NCBI GenBank assembly: GCA_963726335.1
Contig: CAVSCD010000011.1
Coordinates: 787,449-851,448, forward strand
From: Candidatus Aminicenantes bacterium
GTDB taxonomy: Bacteria > Acidobacteriota > Aminicenantia > Aminicenantales > UBA8522
Direction of reading: 5' to 3'
Length of the DNA: 64,000 bases
Shown here: piece by piece, positions 28,100-36,406 of the stretch
Numbering within the stretch: the first letter of the stretch is position 1
Layout: the number at the start of each line of letters is the position of its first letter
Program-made: the position numbers and the translations under genes
The notes under the pieces: model-generated
Told to the model about the DNA's origin: nothing
What the model saw: only the letters and a program-made list of their open reading frames with translations
Database searches by the model: none

Positions 28100-29215
28100 A
28101 TGGCCAAGACCATTCAGGAGTTCCTGGAGATCGCCGTCAGGGAAGATGCCAGCGACCTCCACATCACGACCCATATCCCGCCGCGGCTCCGCGTCCACGG
28201 CGTCCTCAAGAACATCGAACATCCGGCGCTGACGCCGTCGGAGACCAAGCAGATCATCTACAGCGTCCTGACCGACCGGCAGAAGCGGCAGTTCGAGGAA
28301 AAGCTCGAGCTCGACTTTTCGTTCGGGCTCAAGGACCTGGGCCGGTTCCGGGCGAACGTCTTCCTGCAGAAGGGGGCCGTGGCGGGCGCCTTCCGCAGGT
28401 TCCTGCCCAACATGTGGAGCTTCGCCCAGCTCGGGATCCCGCAGCGGATCGCCCAGCTCTGCTACCTGCCCCGGGGCCTGGTGCTGGTGACGGGGCCGAC
28501 GGGCTGCGGGAAATCGACGTCGATCGCCTGCATGATCGACCACATCAACGTCGAGCGGGGCGTTCACATCGTGACCATCGAAGACCCGATCGAGTACTAT
28601 TTCGTTCCCAAGAAATCCATCATCAACCAGCGCGAGCTGTTCGTCGACACGCTGTCCTATGCCAACGCGCTCCGCTCGGTCCTCCGCGAGGACCCGGATG
28701 TCGTCTTCGTCGGCGAGATGCGGGACTACGAAACCGTCGAAGCCTGCCTCCGGGTGGCCGAGACGGGCCACCTCACCTTCTCCACCCTGCACACGAACTC
28801 GGCGGCCGAATCCATCTCCCGGATCATCGACATCTTTCCCGCCCAGTACCAGTCCCAGATCAGGATCATGCTCTCCATGTCTCTCGAGGCCGTCCTGACC
28901 CAGGCGCTGCTGCCCCGGGCGGACGGCAAGGGGCGGGTGCTGGCCATGGAGATTCTCATTCCCAATTCCGCCGTCCGGAACCTGATCCGGGAGAACAAGG
29001 TCCACCAGATCTACTCGACGATGCAGATGGGCCAGGAAAAGTACGGCATGCAGACGTTCAACCAGTCGCTGGCCGCCCTGTATTTCCGCAAGCTGATCAC
29101 GCTCGAGACGGCGATGAACATTTCGTCCTTCCCCGAGGAGCTGACCGACATCATCCAGAGGCGGGAGGGACTGAAACAGGCGTCGGTCACGGCTTCCCAG
29201 AAAGACCGGAAATAA
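28100..29215 (+). CDS. pilT: Type IV pilus retraction ATPase PilT
   Basis: 371 aa; Walker A GPTGCGKST, PilT-type AIRNLIRE motif. Confidence 0.9.
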   Translation: MAKTIQEFLEIAVREDASDLHITTHIPPRLRVHGVLKNIEHPALTPSETKQIIYSVLTDRQKRQFEEKLELDFSFGLKDLGRFRANVFLQKGAVAGAFRRFLPNMWSFAQLGIPQRIAQLCYLPRGLVLVTGPTGCGKSTSIACMIDHINVERGVHIVTIEDPIEYYFVPKKSIINQRELFVDTLSYANALRSVLREDPDVVFVGEMRDYETVEACLRVAETGHLTFSTLHTNSAAESISRIIDIFPAQYQSQIRIMLSMSLEAVLTQALLPRADGKGRVLAMEILIPNSAVRNLIRENKVHQIYSTMQMGQEKYGMQTFNQSLAALYFRKLITLETAMNISSFPEELTDIIQRREGLKQASVTASQKDRK

Positions 29216-29227
29216 GAGGAGAGCAGC

Positions 29228-30430
29228 ATGGCCACTTTTATTTGGAAGGGCAAGAACCGTTACGGCGACGCCGTGGGGGGAGAGCGCGTCGCCTCCTCGA
29301 TCGAAGAGGTGAAGGCGGCCCTGCAGAAGGAGCAGATCGCCGCCAGCTCCATCACCGCCAAGAGCGGCCGGTTCTCGATCCCGTTCCTGAAGCGGGAAAA
29401 GGTGAAGCTCAAGGAGCTGGCCGTCTACAGCCGGCAGCTGTCCGTCCTGATCGACGCCGAGCTGCCCCTGATGCAGAGCCTGGGCATTCTGGCCGAGCAG
29501 ACCAAGAACAAGTACTTCAAGCGCGTCATCACCACCATCCGCGAGGACGTCGAGGCCGGGTCGACGCTGAACCAGGCCAAGAGGAAATTTCCCAAGGTTT
29601 TCGACGACCTCTACTGCAACCTGATCGCCTCGGGCGAGCAGAGCGGCTCGCTGGACATCATGCTCCGCCGGCTGTCCGAGTACATCGAAAAAACGGTCAA
29701 GCTGCGGGCCAAGGTGAAGCAGGCGATGATCTATCCGAGCGCCATCCTCATCTTCTCGATCGTGGTGGCGATTTTCCTGCTCTGGAAGGTCATCCCCGTC
29801 TTCGCCTCCATCTTCATCGAGCTGGGCGCCGAGCTGCCCGCCCTGACCGCCTTCGTCATCGCGCTGAGCCGGTTTGTCGAGAAATACATTATCTTAATTG
29901 TCCTGGCCCTCATCGGCCTGGTGATCGGGTTCAGGTATTTCCGGAAAACCGAGCAGGGGCGCTGGGTCACCGACCGCTGGATCCTCAAGATACCGCTGTT
30001 CGGCGAGCTCCTGAGAAAGGTGGCCATCTCCCGGATCACCCGGACCATGGCCACCCTGGTGTCGGGCGGCGTGCCGATGCTCGAAGCCCTGCGGATCACC
30101 TCCACGACTGCCGGGAACATCATCCTCGAATCCGCCGTCATGAACGCCCGGCAGAGCGTCTCCGAGGGCAAGAGCCTGACCGACGCCTTCAAGGAGACAG
30201 GCCACTTCCCGTTCATGCTGACCCAGATGGTCAGCGTGGGCGAGGCGACGGGCACCCTGGACGAGATGCTCTCCAAGCTCGCGGATTTCTACGACGAAGA
30301 GGTCGACGCCCAGGTCTCCGCGCTCCTCTCGATCATGGAGCCGATACTGCTCATCTTCGTCGGCGGCATGGTCGGCTCGCTCGTCATCTCCATGTACCTG
30401 CCGATCTTCAGCCTGATGCAGCAGTTCTGA
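29228..30430 (+). CDS. pilC: Type IV pilus platform protein PilC (GspF family)
   Basis: 400 aa, two GspF repeats with three TM segments. Confidence 0.9.
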   Translation: MATFIWKGKNRYGDAVGGERVASSIEEVKAALQKEQIAASSITAKSGRFSIPFLKREKVKLKELAVYSRQLSVLIDAELPLMQSLGILAEQTKNKYFKRVITTIREDVEAGSTLNQAKRKFPKVFDDLYCNLIASGEQSGSLDIMLRRLSEYIEKTVKLRAKVKQAMIYPSAILIFSIVVAIFLLWKVIPVFASIFIELGAELPALTAFVIALSRFVEKYIILIVLALIGLVIGFRYFRKTEQGRWVTDRWILKIPLFGELLRKVAISRITRTMATLVSGGVPMLEALRITSTTAGNIILESAVMNARQSVSEGKSLTDAFKETGHFPFMLTQMVSVGEATGTLDEMLSKLADFYDEEVDAQVSALLSIMEPILLIFVGGMVGSLVISMYLPIFSLMQQF

Positions 30431-30436
30431 GGCCGG

Positions 30437-31730
30437 ATGAAGACCCGGAAGAGCCACGTCCTCTGGTTTATCCTGATCCGCCTGATCGCGGTCACCTCGA
30501 TCCTCGTCGCGGTCGTGATCATCCAGCACTCGACGACGGATTTCATCCCGCTCATCCCGTTCTATTTTCTCGTCGCTGCTGACGTACATCCTGTCGGTCG
30601 TCTATCTCGGGCTCTACCGTCTCGGGGAACGCTATGACCTCCAGGCCGTTCTCCAGACGGGGATCGACCTGCTGCTCATCACCGCCCTCGTCTATATCTC
30701 CGGCGGGCTGTCGGGCTCGCTCTACCTGCTGTACATCGTCTCGATCGTCGCCGCCAGCATCGTCCTGTCCAACCGCGCGGCCTACCTGACGGCCGGCGTT
30801 TCGGCCGTCCTGTTCGGGCTGCTCGTGGACGGCCTGCATTTCGGCGTCATTCCCTATTTCAGCGCCACGCAGTACAGCGAGCAATCCTTGGGCTTGATCA
30901 TCTTCACGATGTTCCTGGCCTGGGGCCTCTTTTTCCTGATGGCGGCCCTGGCCAACTATCTTACGGGCGGCCTCAGAAAAGCCCGGGAAGAGCTGCGCCT
31001 GGCCGAGAAAGAGCTCGAGATCAGCGACCGGCTGGCGAACGCCGGCCTGATCTCGGCCCAGCTGGCGCACGAGATCCGGAATCCCCTGGCCGCGATCTCG
31101 GGTTCGGTCCAGGTCCTGAAGGGCGATATCGCCCTCGACGACGACCAGCGGAAGCTCATGGACATCGTCGTCCGGGAATCCGCGCGCGTCTCCCAGTCGA
31201 TCGAGCAGTTCCTGGACCTGGCCTCGCCGGGCCGGCCGGACTTCAACTGGCTGAACCTGTCCGAGGTGGTGGACGAGACGCTCGAGGTGCTCAGGGCGGC
31301 CGGCGATCTCAACGGGCGGTACCGGGTCGACGGGAATTTCCGGGAGGTCCGGGTCGGGTACTACGGGAACGCCGGGCAGTTCAAGCAGCTCTTCTGGAAC
31401 CTGGCCAAGAACGGGCTCAAGGCCATGCCGGACGGCGGGACGCTCACCGTCGATCTATCGCTGGACAGGAAGAAGTCCGTCGGGATCCGGGTCGCCGACA
31501 CGGGCACGGGCATGACGGCGGAAGAGCGCGGGCACCTCTTCGAGCCGTTCTTCACCCGCTTCCAGAACGGCCGCGGCCTCGGCCTGGTCGTCGTCCGCCG
31601 CATCGTCGACGACTACGACGGGAGGATCGAGGTCCGGTCGGAGGCGGGGAGGGGCACGGAGTTCCTGTTGTCTTTCCCGCCCCGCGAGGCCAGGCCGAAG
31701 GCGGCGGCCAATCCTATCTCCGCCAACTAG
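30437..31730 (+). pseudogene. pilS: PilS-like membrane sensor histidine kinase, interrupted by a +1 frameshift
   Basis: ATG at 30437 opens a TM-rich N-terminus in frame 2; continues seamlessly in frame 3 from about 30565 (TTTT run) through HisKA (LAHEIRNPLAAISG) and HATPase_c (GTGMTAEERGHLFEPFF) to stop at 31730. Confidence 0.6.
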
Positions 31731-31739
31731 GGGCACACC

Positions 31740-33157
31740 ATGGACAGCATCCTGATCGTCGACGACGAAAAGAGTCTGCTCGAGCTCCTCACGGTGGTCC
31801 TGAAGAAGGAAGGCTACAGGGTCAAGACCTGCCTGGCGGCCTCCCGGGCGTTCGAGGTTCTGGAGAAGGAAGAATTCGACCTGCTGATCTGCGATATCAA
31901 GCTGCCCGAGGTGAGCGGGATGGAGGTCCTGCGGTACGTGCGGGAAAACCGTCCGGAGATGCCCGTCATCATGATCACGGCCTACGGCAGCCTCAAGCAG
32001 GCGGTGGAAGCCCTGAAGGCCGGCGCCATCGATTATATCCTCAAGCCCTTTGACGTCGAAGAGCTCAAGATCATCGTCGCCAAGGAGCTCGAGAAGCGGC
32101 GGCTCAAGGAGGAGAACATCCTGCTCAAGCGCAACCTGCGCGAGAAGTACTCCTTCGAGAACATGATCGGCAAGAGCCAGGCCATGCAGGAGGTCTATAC
32201 CCTGATCGAGAAGTCCTCGGGGACGGATTCGACGGTGCTGGTCACCGGTGAGAGCGGGACGGGCAAGGAGATGGCGGCCCGGGCCCTACATCTCCTGAGC
32301 CGCCGGTCGGACAGCCCGTTCGTCTCGATCAACTGCGCCGCGCTTCCCGAGAACCTGCTCGAGAGCGAGCTCTTCGGCCACGCCCGGGGGGCGTTCACGG
32401 GCGCGGTCGCCGAAAAGAAGGGCATGTTCGAGGTCGCCCAACGGGGGACGCTCTTCCTGGACGAGGTCGGCGAGACCTCGCCCTGGACCCAGGTCAAGCT
32501 GCTGCGGGCGATCCAGGAGAGGAAGATCCGGCGGGTCGGGGGGACGGACGAGATCCCCGTCGATGTGCGGATCATCGCCGCCACCAACCATGACCTCAAG
32601 AAGAGGATCGAAGAGGGCAAGTTCCGGGAGGATCTGTTTTACCGGCTGAACGTCATCGCCTTCGAGATGCCGCCGCTGCAGAAAGCGGACCGAGGATATC
32701 CCGCTGCTGGTCAATCACTTCATGCAGAAGTACTGCCAGGGCATGGGGAAGAGGATGAAGCGGGTGGCGCCCGAAGTGATCGGCTATTTCGAGCTCTACG
32801 GTTGGCCGGGAAATGTGCGGGAGCTTGAGAATGTCATCGAGCGCGTCGTGGCCATCGAGGACCGGGAGACCGTCACCGCGGCCAGCCTGCCCCACGAGAT
32901 CACGACGCCGCCCAGAAGGGAGGCGGCGCGGCCGTCGATCCCGCCGGGGTTCAACCTGATGTCCCACATCGACGATGTCTCCAAGAGCTATATCCATGAG
33001 GCGAGGCAGCTGGCGGGCGGGCAACCTCAGGAAAACGGCCGGCATCCTCGGCGTCAGCTATCGCTCCCTGAGGCATCTCATCGACAAGTTCGGGCTCAGG
33101 GAAGCCGAGAGAGTGGAAAGGGTCGACGCCAGGGCTGAGTCGAAACCCCTGACCTAA
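31740..33157 (+). pseudogene. pilR: PilR-like sigma-54-dependent response regulator (REC-AAA+-HTH), interrupted by two +1 frameshifts
   Basis: REC domain (LIVDDEKSLL...DLLICDIKLPEVSG), AAA+ sigma-54 interaction domain (GESGTGKE, GAFTGA, FREDLFYRLNV) in frame 0; continues in frame 1 from about 32683 (FMQKYCQ...GNVRELENVIER) and in frame 2 from about 33015 (Fis-type HTH). Confidence 0.6.
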
Positions 33158-33269
33158 GTTGCCAAATTATGTGACAATATGACATATTGTGTCACTTCTA
33201 ATCGGATCGCGTCCTCATTCGTCGGCATAAGTTATTATGTCATTAAATGAATTATGAAAATTCAGGAGC

Positions 33270-33285
33270 TGGCACGGAAATTGCT
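33270..33285 (+). promoter_or_regulatory. Sigma-54 (-24/-12) promoter upstream of pilin gene
   Basis: cTGGCACGgaaaTTGCTa matches the RpoN consensus TGGCAC-N5-TTGC exactly; about 75 nt upstream of pilin ATG, with SD AAGGAGGA at 33345-33352. Confidence 0.6.
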
Positions 33286-33359
33286 AAAGTATATAACGGA
33301 ATTCATCATGAAAGCATTACCTTGCGGACAGAAAGTCACCAAGGAAAAGGAGGAACTTA

Positions 33360-33896
33360 ATGCTTAAGAAGATGAGAGGTTTCACACTGATCGAGCTGCT
33401 CATCGTCGTCGCCATCATCGGCATTCTGGCAGCCCTGCTGATCCCGAACGCCCTGTCGGCCATCCAGAAGGCCAAGCAGAAAGGCACGATGAAGGACATC
33501 AACTCGATCGCCACGGCCATCACGGATTTCGTGACGGACAAGGGGACGGCTCCGGTTCAGTCCGGTGACCTCGTCGGCGGCAGCCAAATTTACACGGACC
33601 TGAGCGGGTTCTACCTCAAGGTTCTCCCGCAGAACGATCAGTGGGGCTCGCCCTTCAAGGTCTGGTGCGGTTCAGCAGCCGACGGCTCGTACTCCGGAAT
33701 CACGAACAACGCCGCTGATGACTTTGTCGTCGCCTCTATCGGAAGGGACAAAAGCCAGACCGCGATCGCCTTCAACCCCCTGGCTCCCACCACCGCTTAT
33801 TTCGACATCACCGGCATGACCAGCTTCAACCAGGACCTCGTGAATTGGGACGGCTCCTGGGTTCATGCCCCCAAGAGCGCTCAGCTCGGAACCTGA
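33360..33896 (+). CDS. Type IV pilin / GspG-like pseudopilin (prepilin with class III signal peptide)
   Basis: MLKKMRG|FTLIELLIVVAIIGILAA prepilin cleavage/N-methylation motif; GspG-like motif KVLPQNDQWGSPFKVW. Confidence 0.85.
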   Translation: MLKKMRGFTLIELLIVVAIIGILAALLIPNALSAIQKAKQKGTMKDINSIATAITDFVTDKGTAPVQSGDLVGGSQIYTDLSGFYLKVLPQNDQWGSPFKVWCGSAADGSYSGITNNAADDFVVASIGRDKSQTAIAFNPLAPTTAYFDITGMTSFNQDLVNWDGSWVHAPKSAQLGT

Positions 33897-33923
33897 TTAG
33901 AGCAAGAGAGCAAGCCTCGAACA

Positions 33924-33958
33924 GGGCGGCTGGTCGAAGGGCCGGCCGCCCTCTTTTT
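33924..33958 (+). terminator. Rho-independent terminator after first pilin gene
   Basis: GGGCGGC...GCCGCCC stem followed by TCTTTTT. Confidence 0.5.
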
Positions 33959-33997
33959 ACCCTGAGAGATCGAATCCTCGATGAATCGGGAGTTGCC

Positions 33998-34546
33998 ATG
34001 ACCAGCACGAGACGCGGTTTTACATTGATCGAAATCTTGGTTGTTATTGTGATCCTCGGCATCCTCGCCGCCCTCCTTATTCCTCTGGCCATGGGCTCTA
34101 TTCAGAAGGCCAAGCAAAAAGGCACGCTGAGGGACATCAATTCCATCGCCGTCGCGCTCACGGATTTCGTCACCGATCACGGATCCGCGCCCTTCGGCGT
34201 CAGCGGACCGATCGTGGCCGGCAGCCCCCTGTACACAGCCGTCAGCGGATTCTACCTCAAGGTCCTGCCTCCGAACGACCAGTGGGGAACGCCGTTCAAT
34301 GTGTGGTGCGGGACGGCTGCCGATTCCTCCGGCTATGCCAACGTTACGGGGAATGGCATCGACGATTTTGTGATCTCTTCGTGGGGCCGCAACAAGAGTG
34401 TCGATGCGGTCGCCTTCAACCCGATGCAACCGACAACGGCTTACTTTGAGATCACCGGATTGGCCAGTTTCGACGAAGACCTCATCAGTTGGAACGGCTC
34501 CTGGATCCATGTCCCGAAGAGCGCTCAGCTCGGAGATTCGACCTGA
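33998..34546 (+). CDS. Type IV pilin / GspG-like pseudopilin, paralog of the preceding gene
   Basis: MTSTRRG|FTLIEILVVIVILGILAA; the two pilins share long identical blocks (KAKQKGT, SGFYLKVLP, NDQWG, WNGSW, PKSAQLG) with the same architecture. Confidence 0.85.
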   Translation: MTSTRRGFTLIEILVVIVILGILAALLIPLAMGSIQKAKQKGTLRDINSIAVALTDFVTDHGSAPFGVSGPIVAGSPLYTAVSGFYLKVLPPNDQWGTPFNVWCGTAADSSGYANVTGNGIDDFVISSWGRNKSVDAVAFNPMQPTTAYFEITGLASFDEDLISWNGSWIHVPKSAQLGDST

Positions 34547-34619
34547 TCTTTCCGCTTTGCATCCCGGCACCAGCGACGCTATAATGGGCAGCCGGTGAAC
34601 CCAGGCGGCGGTATGATCC

Positions 34620-36398
34620 ATGATCACAACTCCATCGCCACCGCCTCTTGAGCTTGAGGCGGCCTCAAATCCACATACGACCCGGGAACGTCGGGCGATC
34701 TATCTGCTGCTTCTTGTCGCGGTCAACCTCGCGCTTTTTCTGCCGTCGATGAGCGGCGATTTCCTATGGGACGACAAGTACTTCATCAGCGAAAATCCAT
34801 ACATCCAGGGGGGCGGGTTCCTGCGGAGCTTTCTTTTCAGCCCGTTCGGCGGGTTCTCCGGTACGGACGAAAACAGCGTGCGGCAGGACAGGAACATGCT
34901 GTTTTACCGTCCTCTTGTCTCCCTCTCCTACTGGCTGGACTTCAGGGCTTGGGGGCTGAACCCGGCGGCGTTTCACCTCACGAACATCCTGATCCACGCC
35001 ATCAATGTGATGGCGTTCTTTTTTATCCTGATCGCCCTGTCCCTCAGCCCACGCTCGGCTTTCCTCGGGGCGTTTCTTTTTTCCGTTTATCCTCTTCACT
35101 TCGAGAACGTGTCCTGGATCTCGGGGCGAACCGACCTGCTGGCGTTTCTTTTCGCCGCATTATCGATCCTCTTTTTCATCAGGCACCTTAAGACGCCGTC
35201 CCGACTCAACCTTCCGGTTTCGGGCGCAGCCTATTTCCTGGGGCTCCTCTGCAAGGAGAACGTGGTCCTTTTGCCCCTGGTGTTCCTCTTCTTCCTTTAT
35301 AAAAAGGAAGGGAAAGGCGGCCCGCCCGCCCACCTCCTCTTCCGCCTCTGGCCTTATGCCCTGGCTTTGCTGAGCTGGTTCATGCTCAGGTGGAACGCCC
35401 TGGGCTCCGCTTCGATCGGATATTCCGGAAGAGGGGCCCACGATTTCCTGGCGGCTATTGGGTTCTACAGTTGGAGGATGATCTTCCCCTTCCGGCTGAG
35501 CCTGACCGTCGATTCCCCACCGGTCATGGAGAGCCCGGTTTTCGGGGTCTTGGGGGCAGTCCTCGTGGCGGGCTTCGCCCTGTCTCTCTGGCAAGCGAGG
35601 CGGAGGAGCCTGTCGCGAGGCTGGCCTTTCTGGTCGTTTTTAGGCTATGGCCTGTTTCTTCTGCCGTCCGTCTTGGTCATCTTCTCTGCGTCGGCCCTCT
35701 CACTTATGGCCTGGCGGTTTCTGTATCTTCCATCGGCGGTATTGATCGGTGCGCTCGTCTATCTTCTGGCGGACCGCTTCAAACTCAAAGCGTTGGGCGC
35801 AGGAGTGATCGTACTTCTGGCCGCCCTCTATGCGGCCGAGATCTATCCGAAAAACGCCCTCTTCGGCCAAGAAGAGACCCGCTTCTGGCTCAGCATCAAG
35901 AGTCCGGATCATGAGGATGTCATCGCCCGGTTCAATATCGCGGTCAAGGCGTTGCCTACGGACGAGAAAGAGGCGCTGCGGCTGTTTGATTCTATCCTGA
36001 GCCAGACAGGACGCCCCTCATATCGGTACTGGAAGACCTCGATTTTTGAAGAGCTTGGCGTATATTATGCTTTTCGAAAGGATTTCTCCAAGGCGGAGCG
36101 CTATTTCCATGAGCTTTTCGGCATGGAGCCCCGGCCATCGCTGCGGCTCCGCTTCAACTACGCATATTATTTCGCCTTTGCGGGAAAAAGGGACGAGGGC
36201 GAAAAAATCGTCCTGGAGACGCTGCGCGAGTTCCCGCAGAGCCATTTCGCTTTGACCCAGGCCGCGAAATTTTATGTGATCGTCCGGGATTACGGGAAAG
36301 CGGCAGACCTCTATGCCGTTGACTTCAGGCTTTTCCGAACCCGACAGTCCCGGCTGCTGGCTGAAGAAGCAGGCCGTTTCCGGCAGGGCATCCGCTAG
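34620..36398 (+). CDS. GT-C fold membrane glycosyltransferase of TMTC/PMT-like type with C-terminal TPR repeats
   Basis: 592 aa; about 11 TM segments; loop-1 acidic motif FLWDDKYF after TM1 as in PMT/ArnT/TMTC enzymes; C-terminal TPR-like region. Confidence 0.55.
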   Translation: MITTPSPPPLELEAASNPHTTRERRAIYLLLLVAVNLALFLPSMSGDFLWDDKYFISENPYIQGGGFLRSFLFSPFGGFSGTDENSVRQDRNMLFYRPLVSLSYWLDFRAWGLNPAAFHLTNILIHAINVMAFFFILIALSLSPRSAFLGAFLFSVYPLHFENVSWISGRTDLLAFLFAALSILFFIRHLKTPSRLNLPVSGAAYFLGLLCKENVVLLPLVFLFFLYKKEGKGGPPAHLLFRLWPYALALLSWFMLRWNALGSASIGYSGRGAHDFLAAIGFYSWRMIFPFRLSLTVDSPPVMESPVFGVLGAVLVAGFALSLWQARRRSLSRGWPFWSFLGYGLFLLPSVLVIFSASALSLMAWRFLYLPSAVLIGALVYLLADRFKLKALGAGVIVLLAALYAAEIYPKNALFGQEETRFWLSIKSPDHEDVIARFNIAVKALPTDEKEALRLFDSILSQTGRPSYRYWKTSIFEELGVYYAFRKDFSKAERYFHELFGMEPRPSLRLRFNYAYYFAFAGKRDEGEKIVLETLREFPQSHFALTQAAKFYVIVRDYGKAADLYAVDFRLFRTRQSRLLAEEAGRFRQGIR

Positions 36399-36406
36399 CC
36401 GCCCTT

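Noticed and set aside
26365-28113. 582-aa ORF antisense to pilB
   Set aside because: Low-complexity D/G/R/L-rich translation opposite a clear GspE-family gene
28414-30582. 722-aa ORF in an alternative frame across pilT and pilC
   Set aside because: R/P/G-rich, no recognisable motifs; pilT and pilC in their own frames are textbook
33845-34546. Longer 233-aa version of the second pilin starting at 33845
   Set aside because: Upstream extension runs through the terminator of the first pilin and lacks a prepilin leader; the ATG at 33998 gives the canonical MTSTRRG|FTLIE leader
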